A stretch of 64,000 bases of DNA from positions 2,592,001-2,656,000 of the forward strand of contig OY970368.1 of assembly GCA_963718615.1 (NCBI GenBank), given 5' to 3'. Positions 19,465 to 27,749 of this stretch are shown piece after piece. The number at the start of each line of letters is the position of its first letter. The stretch's first letter is position 1. The DNA is from an uncultured cyanobacterium. Its GTDB lineage: Bacteria; Cyanobacteriota; Cyanobacteriia; PCC-9006; JAAUQQ01. The position numbers were made by a program, and so were the translations under genes. The notes below the pieces were generated by a model that was not told where the DNA came from, did no database searches, and saw only the letters and a program-made list of their open reading frames with translations.

Positions 19465-19622
19465 GGGCAACACCTCCGCTTATGACTAAAGTTTTCAGTT
19501 TCAAGGGTGGACTACGTTCAATCTAGCATGGAATTTTTGAATGGGGGTCAGGGTTATAGTGTCATAGACTCCAAATCCTACCCCCACTTCAGCCTTGAGC
19601 TAGAGCAACCGTTGATTTGTAC

Positions 19623-20682
19623 TTACAACGCGTTACCACGGGGTAAGACTTCTTCAGGGAAGACAAATTTTTCGTGGGGCTGGTCTTGGGACGCCATCCA
19701 AGCGCGCATGCCCTCGTTCAACAAGATGTTCTTGGTGTAGAACGTCTCAAACTCAGGGTCCTCAGCAGCACGCAACTCCTGGGACACAAAGTCATAGGCC
19801 CGCAGGTTCAGCGCAATACCCACAATGCCAATGGAGGCCATCCAAAGACCTGTCACCGGCACAAACAGCATGAAAAAGTGCAGCCAACGCTTGTTACTGA
19901 AGGCGATTCCAAAAATCTGCGACCAGAATCGGTTCGCCGTCACCATCGAGTAGGTCTCTTCTGCCTGGGTCGGCTCGAAAGCCCGGAAGGTGTTCGCCTG
20001 CTCCGAATCTTCGAAGAGGGTGTTTTCCACCGTCGCCCCGTGAATCGCACAGAGCAGCGCGCCCCCCAACACCCCGGCCACGCCCATCATGTGGAACGGG
20101 TTCAAGGTGAAGTTGTGGAAGCCCTGCACAAACAGGATGAAGCGGAAAATACCCGCCACCCCGAAGCTCGGTGCGAAGAACCAGGAGGACTGGCCCAGGG
20201 GATACATGAAGAAAACGCTGACAAACACCGCAATCGGTGCGGAGAACGCGAGGGCGTTGTAGGGACGGACGCCCACCAGACGGGCGATTTCGAACTGACG
20301 CAGCATGAAACCGATCAGACCGAAGGCACCGTGGAGGGCGACGAAGGGCCAGAGTCCTCCGAGTTGAACCCAGCGAACGAAGTCGCCTTGGGCTTCGGGA
20401 CCCCAGAAGGAGCAGCAGGGAGTGACCCAGGGCATCGGCAGGGGTGGAAACCGCAACGGTGAGGAAGTTACAGCCTTCCAGGTAGGAAGACGCCAAGCCG
20501 TGGGTGTACCAGGAGGTGGCGAAGGTGGTGCCGGTGAGCCAGCCGCCCAGTGCCATGTAGGCACAGGGGAACAGCAGCAGACCTGACCACCCGATGAAGA
20601 CAAAGCGATCGCGCTTGAGCCAGTCGTCGAGGACGTCGAACCATCCCCGCTGCTCGCCCATGCGCCCTAATGCAATAGTCAT
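19623..20682 (-). pseudogene. psbD: Photosystem II D2 protein, standalone (psbD2-type) copy with a +1 frameshift near 20407
   Basis: MTIALGR...DDWLKRDRF in one frame, WGPEAQGDF...LPRGNAL in another; span is 1060 nt versus 1059 for a 352-aa D2; no psbC downstream. May be a sequencing error. Confidence 0.9.
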
Positions 20683-20823
20683 TGCAGAGCTCTCCCGAGA
20701 GTGAATTATCAACAAATAAATAACGTGCCAAGGACAAAACGTCGCTTTTGGACTCCCCCGTAAAAATGATGAGGGGATGTCCATTATGAGAAAAAAGTAA
20801 CGTTTCTTTACCCTGGTGCTTTC

Positions 20824-20882
20824 ATTATAGAAACAACCCTCTGAATATTAAAGGAATTTAACGGATTGTTAAGATTTGCAAA
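20824..20882 (-). promoter_or_regulatory. psbD promoter: TATAAT -10 plus four HLR1-like octamers at 10-bp spacing
   Basis: Minus strand TTTGCAAA-tc-TTAACAAT-cc-GTTAAATT-cc-TTTAATAT, then TATAAT at 20824-20829. Confidence 0.5.
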
Positions 20883-20990
20883 TATCTGTCTTGAGAGAGT
20901 GGTCAATCCTGTTTCGGCAGAGCCAATGCCAGAATGGCCCTGGAGTTGTTATGCTCATGAACTGGGAACCCCAACATAACGAGCCGTTTC

Positions 20991-21260
20991 ATGAACATTA
21001 TCGAAATTTCCTTGAAGTTCACGCCGATGCCCATGTCGGTCCAGCGGAAAGAGGTGGAAGATGCCCAGGCCATTTATCAGCAAGTGATCGACGCCATGAC
21101 GTCTGGTTCGCCTACCGTCCTAGAGCTGACCTGTGAGCATCAGCCAGAAAAGAAATTGGCTCTCGTGACCCGTGAAATCGCCGCTATCCAAATCTATGAA
21201 AAATCCGGGACGAGCATTGGTGGAAAGCGCCCTGGCTTTGCCTTTGATGTCGCTGGATAA
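20991..21260 (+). CDS. Conserved cyanobacterial hypothetical protein
   Basis: 89 aa, PMSVQRKE...LELTCE...RPGF; first gene of a + strand cluster. Confidence 0.8.
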   Translation: MNIIEISLKFTPMPMSVQRKEVEDAQAIYQQVIDAMTSGSPTVLELTCEHQPEKKLALVTREIAAIQIYEKSGTSIGGKRPGFAFDVAG

Positions 21261-21373
21261 AACAGGTTTGGTAGCAGATTGGGTCTAAAGACCAGATTGC
21301 GTCTGAAGCGCTAAACGTATCAAAGTGTCGATTCGAGCAGGTTCGAGCAGATTTACGTGGGTTTAAGGCAGCC

Positions 21374-22060
21374 ATGGTCGAAGACGTTGGTGTTCAGGTC
21401 CAGGATTTGAGCTTTCGCTGGGGAAACGGGCAACAGGTGCTGGATGCCTGTACATTAGCGGTTCCCCAGGGAGAGTTCTGGATGCTCTTGGGCACCAATG
21501 GCAGCGGCAAATCGACTTTGCTGCGCTTAGTGGCAGGTTTGCTGGCAGCGGAGGGGGGCAACATTCATGCTCGTGAACCGGTGGGATTTGTGTTCCAAAA
21601 TCCGGATCATCAGTTGGTGATGCCGACGGTGGGAGCAGACGTGGCCTTTGGCTTAGTTTCAGAAGGCTTGTCGCGTGCGGGGATACGCGATCGCGTTGCA
21701 GAAGCACTCGACGCCGTTAACCTGCTGAGCTTTCAACGACGGCCCATCTATGCCCTCAGCGGTGGCCAAAAGCAACGGGTGGCGATCGCCGGGGCGATCG
21801 CCCGTCATTGTGAGGTGCTCCTGCTCGATGAGCCCACAGCCTTGTTGGATCCCGATAGCCAGCAAGAGTTAGTGCAGCGGGTTCAGCAATTGGTCAAGCA
21901 GCGTGGTCTGACAGCCCTGTGGGTAACCCATCGTCTCGATGAACTGGACTATTGTGATGGCGCTTTTCTACTAGAAAAGGGCAAGGTCGTTGCCCAGGGT
22001 AATCCTGCTCCCCTCAAACAACGTCTTATGCAGTCTCAATACGATTCATCGGGAGTTTAG
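21374..22060 (+). CDS. ECF-type (EcfA/CbiO-like) ABC ATP-binding protein
   Basis: GTNGSGKS Walker A, FQNPDHQ, LSGGQKQR, LLDEPT. Confidence 0.92.
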   Translation: MVEDVGVQVQDLSFRWGNGQQVLDACTLAVPQGEFWMLLGTNGSGKSTLLRLVAGLLAAEGGNIHAREPVGFVFQNPDHQLVMPTVGADVAFGLVSEGLSRAGIRDRVAEALDAVNLLSFQRRPIYALSGGQKQRVAIAGAIARHCEVLLLDEPTALLDPDSQQELVQRVQQLVKQRGLTALWVTHRLDELDYCDGAFLLEKGKVVAQGNPAPLKQRLMQSQYDSSGV

Positions 22061-22195
22061 CGAGAGTTTCGCGGGAATCCAGAGGAAGTCTAGCGGGTAC
22101 TGAAACCCGTGGGTTCTCGGTACCATTCATGCTGAATTTGCCCAAAAATAACGCTAGACTACTGCTAAAGTCTTTGCGCGATCGCGTTTGCCACC

Positions 22196-22771
22196 ATGAC
22201 TGCCCCATCTAAACCTGCGGTGATGCTGGTCGATGGCTATAACGTCATTGGAGCCCATCCCCAGCTTAAATTCCTGCGCGATGCCGAGGGGCTAGCGGAA
22301 GCGAGGCGATCGCTGGTGGAGATCTTGGCAAACTACAGCGCCCTCCATAGCTATGAGACAGATCTAGTCTTTGATGCGCATTTTCAAGAGCAGCCCGGTC
22401 ATCGCAATCCGGTGACCCAGCATTTGGCTGTCGCCTATACCCAATTTAATCAGACAGCAGATAGTTACATTGAGCGGGCTTGTGCCCGCTTTTTTCGTGA
22501 AGATATACGCCGCTTTGAAAAACGTCTCATTGTCGCAACCTCCGATCGCGCCCAGTGGCTAACTGCAGTGGGCTATGGCGCAGAATGGATGTCCGCAGAA
22601 AAATTGATTCGAGACGCCTTCGTTTCCCAAGTGGCGGCCCAGCGTCAGATTCAGGGACAAAAAAAGCAACGACAGCGATCGAACAAACGTTTTCTGTCTA
22701 GTAGCTTGGACGAAACTGTACAGGACAAGCTAGCCCGGCTACGGCAGGACCTGTTGCGGCGAGGCAATTAG
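22196..22771 (+). CDS. NYN-domain RNase, YacP/Rae1 family
   Basis: LVDGYNVI, LVFDA, TADSYIE, VATSD. Confidence 0.9.
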   Translation: MTAPSKPAVMLVDGYNVIGAHPQLKFLRDAEGLAEARRSLVEILANYSALHSYETDLVFDAHFQEQPGHRNPVTQHLAVAYTQFNQTADSYIERACARFFREDIRRFEKRLIVATSDRAQWLTAVGYGAEWMSAEKLIRDAFVSQVAAQRQIQGQKKQRQRSNKRFLSSSLDETVQDKLARLRQDLLRRGN

Positions 22772-22842
22772 GCTAATTCTGGCCATAAACAGCCGAGAAA
22801 ACCACGAGCCTGGTTTTTTTCTGAAAAAATTGACCGGAAGGG

Positions 22843-22871
22843 TTGCCAAAAAAAGCAGTCGCTCCTATATT
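22843..22871 (+). promoter_or_regulatory. Sigma70-type promoter of tRNA-Asn
   Basis: TTGCCA-17 nt-TATATT, ending 13 nt before the tRNA. Confidence 0.65.
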
Positions 22872-22884
22872 GATAAAGGCACAT

Positions 22885-22956
22885 TCCTCAGTAGCTCAGT
22901 GGTAGAGCGGTCGGCTGTTAACCGATTGGTCGTAGGTTCGAATCCTACCTGGGGAG
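22885..22956 (+). tRNA. trnN: tRNA-Asn(GTT)
   Basis: TCCTCAG/CTGGGGA acceptor stem, TAGCTCAGTGGTAGAGC D-arm, CTGTTAA anticodon loop, GGTTCGAATCC T-arm; CCA not encoded. Confidence 0.98.
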
Positions 22957-22961
22957 TTTAG

Positions 22962-24014
22962 TTAAATCTGTTCATTCATCCAATCTAGGGTGCGGTTCCA
23001 AGCCCACCAACAGTCTGGGTCGTTCAGCTCGATCTGGTTTGCTCGGCTGCTGATATAGCCCACATGTCCACCCTGGGCCGTGAGTGCCAGCCGTAGCTGC
23101 GAATTGTGTTGGCTAACCCGTTGTAAATCTGGCACGATGCTGGGGTCAAAGAGCGGATCGTCTGCGGCATAGAGAATTAGAGCGGGTTTCTGGAGATGCC
23201 GGAGAAACTGGAAGGGGCTGCTGGCTTCGTAATAGTCTTTGACCGTAGAAAATCCCAGGCGTTCAATCACCAACTCCCGATCAAAGGCCAAGATAGAGTC
23301 CGCTCGGTCAATGGCAGCCAAATCAAACTGCTCAGGATGGGCGGCATGGAGTTGGTAGGCCAATTGCTTGAGGGATTGGGCAATGCGGCGCTCTAGATGA
23401 CGACCGAGGGGATGAGCCATCAAATAATGAAGCGATCGCCAAGCATCCAGATTGGGACAAACCACGGCCCCACCCCGAATCATTTCTGGCGTTAAGGCCA
23501 ATTTTGCAAGCAATTCAGCATCCGTCGCCGCTTTCAACCCCCAAAGGGCTAACTGTCCGCCGAGGGAATAACCCGCGAACCAGATGAGGGCAGGGCAACC
23601 TAGGGCGATCGCCTGGGCTGCAATATGAACAAAATCAGCGCCCTCATACAGGCCATCCGAGGTCAGCGTTGGCGATAGCTGGGCCGACCGTCCATGGGCG
23701 CGCCAGTCAAACAAAACTACTGCATAGCCTTGATGGTAAGCCTTAGTCCCGAGGGAGCGCAACATCCCCTGGTTCGACAATTCCCCAGTAATGCCATAGG
23801 TCGCAATCAGAGTGCCTTTGGGGTTTGGCGGAATAGCAATCCAGCCATGGAGGGGCACCGCATCCGCACCCAGCAGTTGGACAGAGCGATAGCTTGGCTC
23901 AGGAATCTGAAGGGTTTTCTGCCAACGGCTATTGGTGACTAGGGCTGCGTATACCGTCATGGTCAGACCATAACCTAATCCTCTCGGCGGCTGATAGAGC
24001 CAGTCTGAACCCAT
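22962..24014 (-). CDS. YheT-family alpha/beta hydrolase
   Basis: FDWRAHG, GYSLGG, AADDP, GGHVGY. Confidence 0.85.
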   Translation of the reverse strand: MGSDWLYQPPRGLGYGLTMTVYAALVTNSRWQKTLQIPEPSYRSVQLLGADAVPLHGWIAIPPNPKGTLIATYGITGELSNQGMLRSLGTKAYHQGYAVVLFDWRAHGRSAQLSPTLTSDGLYEGADFVHIAAQAIALGCPALIWFAGYSLGGQLALWGLKAATDAELLAKLALTPEMIRGGAVVCPNLDAWRSLHYLMAHPLGRHLERRIAQSLKQLAYQLHAAHPEQFDLAAIDRADSILAFDRELVIERLGFSTVKDYYEASSPFQFLRHLQKPALILYAADDPLFDPSIVPDLQRVSQHNSQLRLALTAQGGHVGYISSRANQIELNDPDCWWAWNRTLDWMNEQI

Positions 24015-24307
24015 GGGGAATAATTTTTAGAATTGTTAGCGTTAAATTTAGCGTTAAGTGGGGAAAAAGAATTTCACAAAATGACAGCTATGTTACATTT
24101 ACCTTCGCCTTCTTAAAAAGAGTAATATAAGTTGTTAAAATTAAACACGCTTACAAAACCTCACAAATCTATCGAAAGCGTTAAAGTCTGGAGAGAGTTC
24201 AGATCCTGATCGATGGCCAAGTTTTAACATCGTCTACAGAAGAGTTTTGTTGAAATAGTTTGGATTTTAAGCGCGCGCGATCCGTCTGTTCCTCACCAGG
24301 GAGTCCC

Positions 24308-25063
24308 ATGAAGCCTCGTATTCTTGTCATTGACGACGATCCTAATATTTCAGAGCTGTTGGCTCTAAATTTGGAGATGGCAGGTTATGACGTTAGCCGC
24401 ACGGATGATGGACTGAAGGGACAAGCTTTGGCGGTCCAGTTGGTACCCGACCTAATTTTGCTTGATCTGATGCTTCCCCGCGTCGATGGCTTCACGGTTT
24501 GTCAGCGACTCAGACGAGATAAGCGAACTGCCGATGTGCCGATTCTGATGCTGACGGCCCTGAGCCAAACCCAAGACAAGGTTGAAGGGTTTAATGCCGG
24601 GGCAGATGATTATCTGACGAAACCCTTCGAGCTAGAGGAAATGCTGGCTCGGGTCCGCGCCTTGCTGCGACGCACTGATCGCATTCCCCAGGCTGCGAAG
24701 CATAGCGAAATTTTGAACTATGGCCCCTTAACCCTGATTCCAGAGCGGTTTGAGGCGATTTGGTTTAATCAAACGGTTAAGCTCACCCATCTAGAATTTG
24801 ATTTGCTCCATTGTTTGCTCCAGCGCCACGGTCAAACCGTTTCTCCGCAGGAAATCCTCAAGGAAGTCTGGGGGTATGACCCCAACGACGACATCGAGAC
24901 GATTCGGGTGCATGTCCGCCACCTGCGCACCAAATTAGAACCCGATCCGCGCCATCCCCGATTTATCAAAACGGTTTATGGAGCGGGTTATTGCCTAGAG
25001 CTGCCTTCGGAAGAGCGGGTCCACTCGGAAGAAGAAGAACCGGTGCTAGACCAAATCCGCTAG
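24308..25063 (+). CDS. rpaA: Circadian output response regulator RpaA (OmpR family)
   Basis: [53 protein letters not shown]; ATG 24308. Confidence 0.93.
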   Translation: MKPRILVIDDDPNISELLALNLEMAGYDVSRTDDGLKGQALAVQLVPDLILLDLMLPRVDGFTVCQRLRRDKRTADVPILMLTALSQTQDKVEGFNAGADDYLTKPFELEEMLARVRALLRRTDRIPQAAKHSEILNYGPLTLIPERFEAIWFNQTVKLTHLEFDLLHCLLQRHGQTVSPQEILKEVWGYDPNDDIETIRVHVRHLRTKLEPDPRHPRFIKTVYGAGYCLELPSEERVHSEEEEPVLDQIR

Positions 25064-26031
25064 ACCCAGTTCGCGAGTTTGAGTAACGTTACTTCCCAGA
25101 CTAAGAGGGGCTGCACATGGCGCAGTAGCTGTTGCTGGGCCGTTTCGAGTAGTTGTAATTGCCTATAGCTGTCGGGCTCTCGGGGCTGCCAGCGCTGATA
25201 CTGAAGATAGTTGAGTAGCCAAATTTGAATCTCTAGACTCTGGTTTTTGGCGATTTCGGCGGCGAGTTCAAGGAGGGCTTTGGGCGATCGCGGCAAGCTT
25301 TCCAACCGGCTCAGTAAGTCGGGTGGAATTTCATTGAGGGTTTGGAAGAGCGCGATCGCCCGTCCTGGACTCCCTTGGGCCAAGGTCACTAGGGCCGGAT
25401 GCTGCAAGATTTCGGCCTGACCCGCCGCTTGGAGAACTTGGGCAAAATCTTCCGGCTGCAGGGGCGCAAGCGGAATACGTTGACAGCGAGAAACCAGGGT
25501 GGACAAAATCCCATCGGGACTAGGCGCGATCAAAATGAGGGTTGCTTTTCCGGGTTCTTCCAGGGTCTTAAGCAAGGCATTGGCTGCGGCTTCTGCCATC
25601 CGTTCTGCCTGTTCAATCACGATCAGACTGCGTTTGGCTTCCAGGGGAGGGCGGCTGACAAAGCGGGCGATCGCGCGAATTTGTTCCAACCGAATTTGGG
25701 GCGGCGTCTTGCGCTTGAGACCAGCAGCTTCAGCCTCCGCAGCGGTCAATAGCTGATTTTGCTGGAGATAGGTGGGTTCGATCCAAAGGAGGTCCGGGTG
25801 ATTGCCTTGGGCTAGCCGCGCCTGTAAACGCTGCTGAGCTGGAGCATCGAGCTCGCCTTCCATGGCGAAGAGATATTCCACAAAACAGCGGGCCGTTAGG
25901 CGACGACCAATTCCCGGTGCGCCGGTTAACAAATAGGCCGGAGCAATGCGCTGTTGCTGAACCGCTTGGGTCAGCAGGGTAACGGCCTTCGATTGGCCCC
26001 GCAGAGGAGCAAAGGCAGGGGGAACAGCCAT
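25060..26031 (-). CDS. holB: DNA polymerase III subunit delta-prime
   Basis: [32 protein letters not shown]; lies downstream of tmk. Confidence 0.93.
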   Translation of the reverse strand: MAVPPAFAPLRGQSKAVTLLTQAVQQQRIAPAYLLTGAPGIGRRLTARCFVEYLFAMEGELDAPAQQRLQARLAQGNHPDLLWIEPTYLQQNQLLTAAEAEAAGLKRKTPPQIRLEQIRAIARFVSRPPLEAKRSLIVIEQAERMAEAAANALLKTLEEPGKATLILIAPSPDGILSTLVSRCQRIPLAPLQPEDFAQVLQAAGQAEILQHPALVTLAQGSPGRAIALFQTLNEIPPDLLSRLESLPRSPKALLELAAEIAKNQSLEIQIWLLNYLQYQRWQPREPDSYRQLQLLETAQQQLLRHVQPLLVWEVTLLKLANWV

Positions 26032-26062
26032 AGGTTGGGATTGTAGGGCTGGGATGATTAGG

Positions 26063-26761
26063 TTAGAGATTGTGGGGTAGGGATGATGTCGTGGGGCGAG
26101 TTGAAGCAACGAGGTCGGGGAGACGCTCCCTGGCGATCGCCTGAATCCGTGCCGCAACCTCCCACTCACTCCCCCTGGCATCAACCCGCATGATCCGCTC
26201 GGGATACTGTTGGGCCAACCACTCAAACCCCTCTCGAACCCGCCGGTGAAAGGCCCCATCGGTTTGCTCCATGCGATCGGCTTGGCCGCGCTGGGCCAAC
26301 CGCGCCAAACTTAGCTCCACCGGCAAATCCAGCCACAGGGTGAGATCACTTCGCAGCCCGACGGTGGCAATTTGATTGATCTGCTGAATCAGCCCCAGAT
26401 CTAACCCCCGCCCAAACCCTTGGTAGGCGACGGTGGAATCTTGGTGGCGATCGCACAAAATCCAGCACCCCTCAGCGAGCCTAGGCTTGAGCCAATGTTG
26501 CACATGCTGAGCCCGATCTGCCCCATAGAGCAGTAACTCGGCAATATTTTCCAAGGGCTCCGTCACCGCATCGGGATTGAGCAAAATTTGGCGAAGGGTC
26601 TGTCCCAAGGCGGTTGCCCCTGGCTCCTTGGTACAGAGAATTTTCGGAGCAAACTGAGTCGGGGGCTGATTTTGCGCCTGGAGCCAAGTGGAGAAATGCC
26701 GCAACTGTGTGGTTTTGCCACAGCCGTCCGCCCCTTCAAAAACGATAAATTTCCCCACCAT
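26063..26761 (-). CDS. tmk: Thymidylate kinase
   Basis: FEGADGCGKTT, ADRAQH, CDR, AYQGFGRG. Confidence 0.96.
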   Translation of the reverse strand: MVGKFIVFEGADGCGKTTQLRHFSTWLQAQNQPPTQFAPKILCTKEPGATALGQTLRQILLNPDAVTEPLENIAELLLYGADRAQHVQHWLKPRLAEGCWILCDRHQDSTVAYQGFGRGLDLGLIQQINQIATVGLRSDLTLWLDLPVELSLARLAQRGQADRMEQTDGAFHRRVREGFEWLAQQYPERIMRVDARGSEWEVAARIQAIARERLPDLVASTRPTTSSLPHNL

Positions 26762-26832
26762 GCTCTTTTTTCCGGATTTAGTATTGCTATTCTATGTAGT
26801 AACGAACTGTAGAAGAGCAGTAGGAACATTGC

Positions 26833-27168
26833 ATGGCTCGCTACCCACTTCTCGCAACGGCTACTCCCAATGATGATCTCCATCAGTCTTTGCTGCGGAT
26901 TCTTGAATCCTGCAAGCTAGACATCATTCACGATACCGGAGACTACGTCATGGCTCGGGAGACGCCAAACGGTACGCCATATCCAAAGCTCGTCACCGTT
27001 GAAGGCTTAATTGACAAAACCGGCGCAACTAAGGAGCAAATTCGCATCGAGGTCGTTGTCAAAAACGAAGAACTGCCGATTCATAGCGACAATCACTGTA
27101 GTCGGATGCGCGACACTGTCATTGGGGCCTTAGAGGAAAGTGGTCTTTGGACCATTGTGGTTGCCTAA
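26833..27168 (+). CDS. Conserved hypothetical protein
   Basis: 111 aa, MARY...DYVMARE...KNEELP...NHC. Confidence 0.75.
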   Translation: MARYPLLATATPNDDLHQSLLRILESCKLDIIHDTGDYVMARETPNGTPYPKLVTVEGLIDKTGATKEQIRIEVVVKNEELPIHSDNHCSRMRDTVIGALEESGLWTIVVA

Positions 27169-27210
27169 CGCAAAATCGAAAGCTGGACCTCAGTAGCCCT
27201 AAGCCCCCAC

Positions 27211-27636
27211 CTATTGGGGGCCTGATTCGTCCACCATGTTGGGGCTAATAAGCGTGATATCAAACTCATCGGGGGGGATAGTTGCGATCGCATCCCGTTG
27301 TAGACAGTAGTAAATCGCCCGCACCCGAGGCCCAAAAACAATTTCGTCTTCGTTTTTGAGATCGTGAGCTTGGGCCTTGTCGCCATTGACAATAATGCCA
27401 TTGGCACTAGGCTTACCCTTCAGATTGCCATCAATAATGCGGTAGTGACAGCCACCCGATTCGTCCGGAAGCTGAACAATCGTGGCGTGACGCCGGGAAA
27501 CAAATTGGGAAATGAGTCGAACATCGCACTGGGGATCACGACCAATCGTATACATGGAGCGATCCAGGACGAACTCTCGACGACCTTTATCATCTTCGAT
27601 AATTAAAAGATGTCCATAGTGTGGCTCTACAGGCAT
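27211..27636 (-). CDS. FHA-domain protein
   Basis: IGRD, VSRRHA, SANG motifs. Confidence 0.9.
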   Translation of the reverse strand: MPVEPHYGHLLIIEDDKGRREFVLDRSMYTIGRDPQCDVRLISQFVSRRHATIVQLPDESGGCHYRIIDGNLKGKPSANGIIVNGDKAQAHDLKNEDEIVFGPRVRAIYYCLQRDAIATIPPDEFDITLISPNMVDESGPQ

Positions 27637-27749
27637 CGGAATGTCCAAGTTTAAAAGGTAAGTCACGGTTGAGATCGGCCTAGGAAGTGCTATCTAAAGG
27701 GTTAGATGCTGGGTTTATGATTCCCTGAGCCCCCCATAGTGTAGCAAGT

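Noticed and set aside
19560-19640. psbC overlapping the psbD 3' end
   Set aside because: The GTG-initiated frame reads [16 protein letters not shown] and does not resemble CP43.
20395-20415. Programmed frameshift in psbD
   Set aside because: No convincing slippery sequence and no precedent I know of; error or mutation is simpler.
19674-20462. 262-aa + strand ORF
   Set aside because: Antisense shadow of codon-biased psbD; the same applies to shadow ORFs over the porins, ctaA, the RTX gene and 63360-63944.
22885-22956. tRNA-Asn as an island integration site
   Set aside because: No integrase nearby and no duplicated tRNA 3' end seen in the window.
24140-24170. HLR1-like repeats upstream of rpaA (CTTACAAA-ac-CTCACAAA)
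   Set aside because: Weak match in AT-rich DNA; not distinguishable from chance without a PWM.
25060-26259. ORF-track N-terminal extensions of holB (also 4983, 24260, 31739, 32540, 47260 starts)
   Set aside because: Extensions overlap neighbouring genes or lack family similarity; downstream ATGs fit better.
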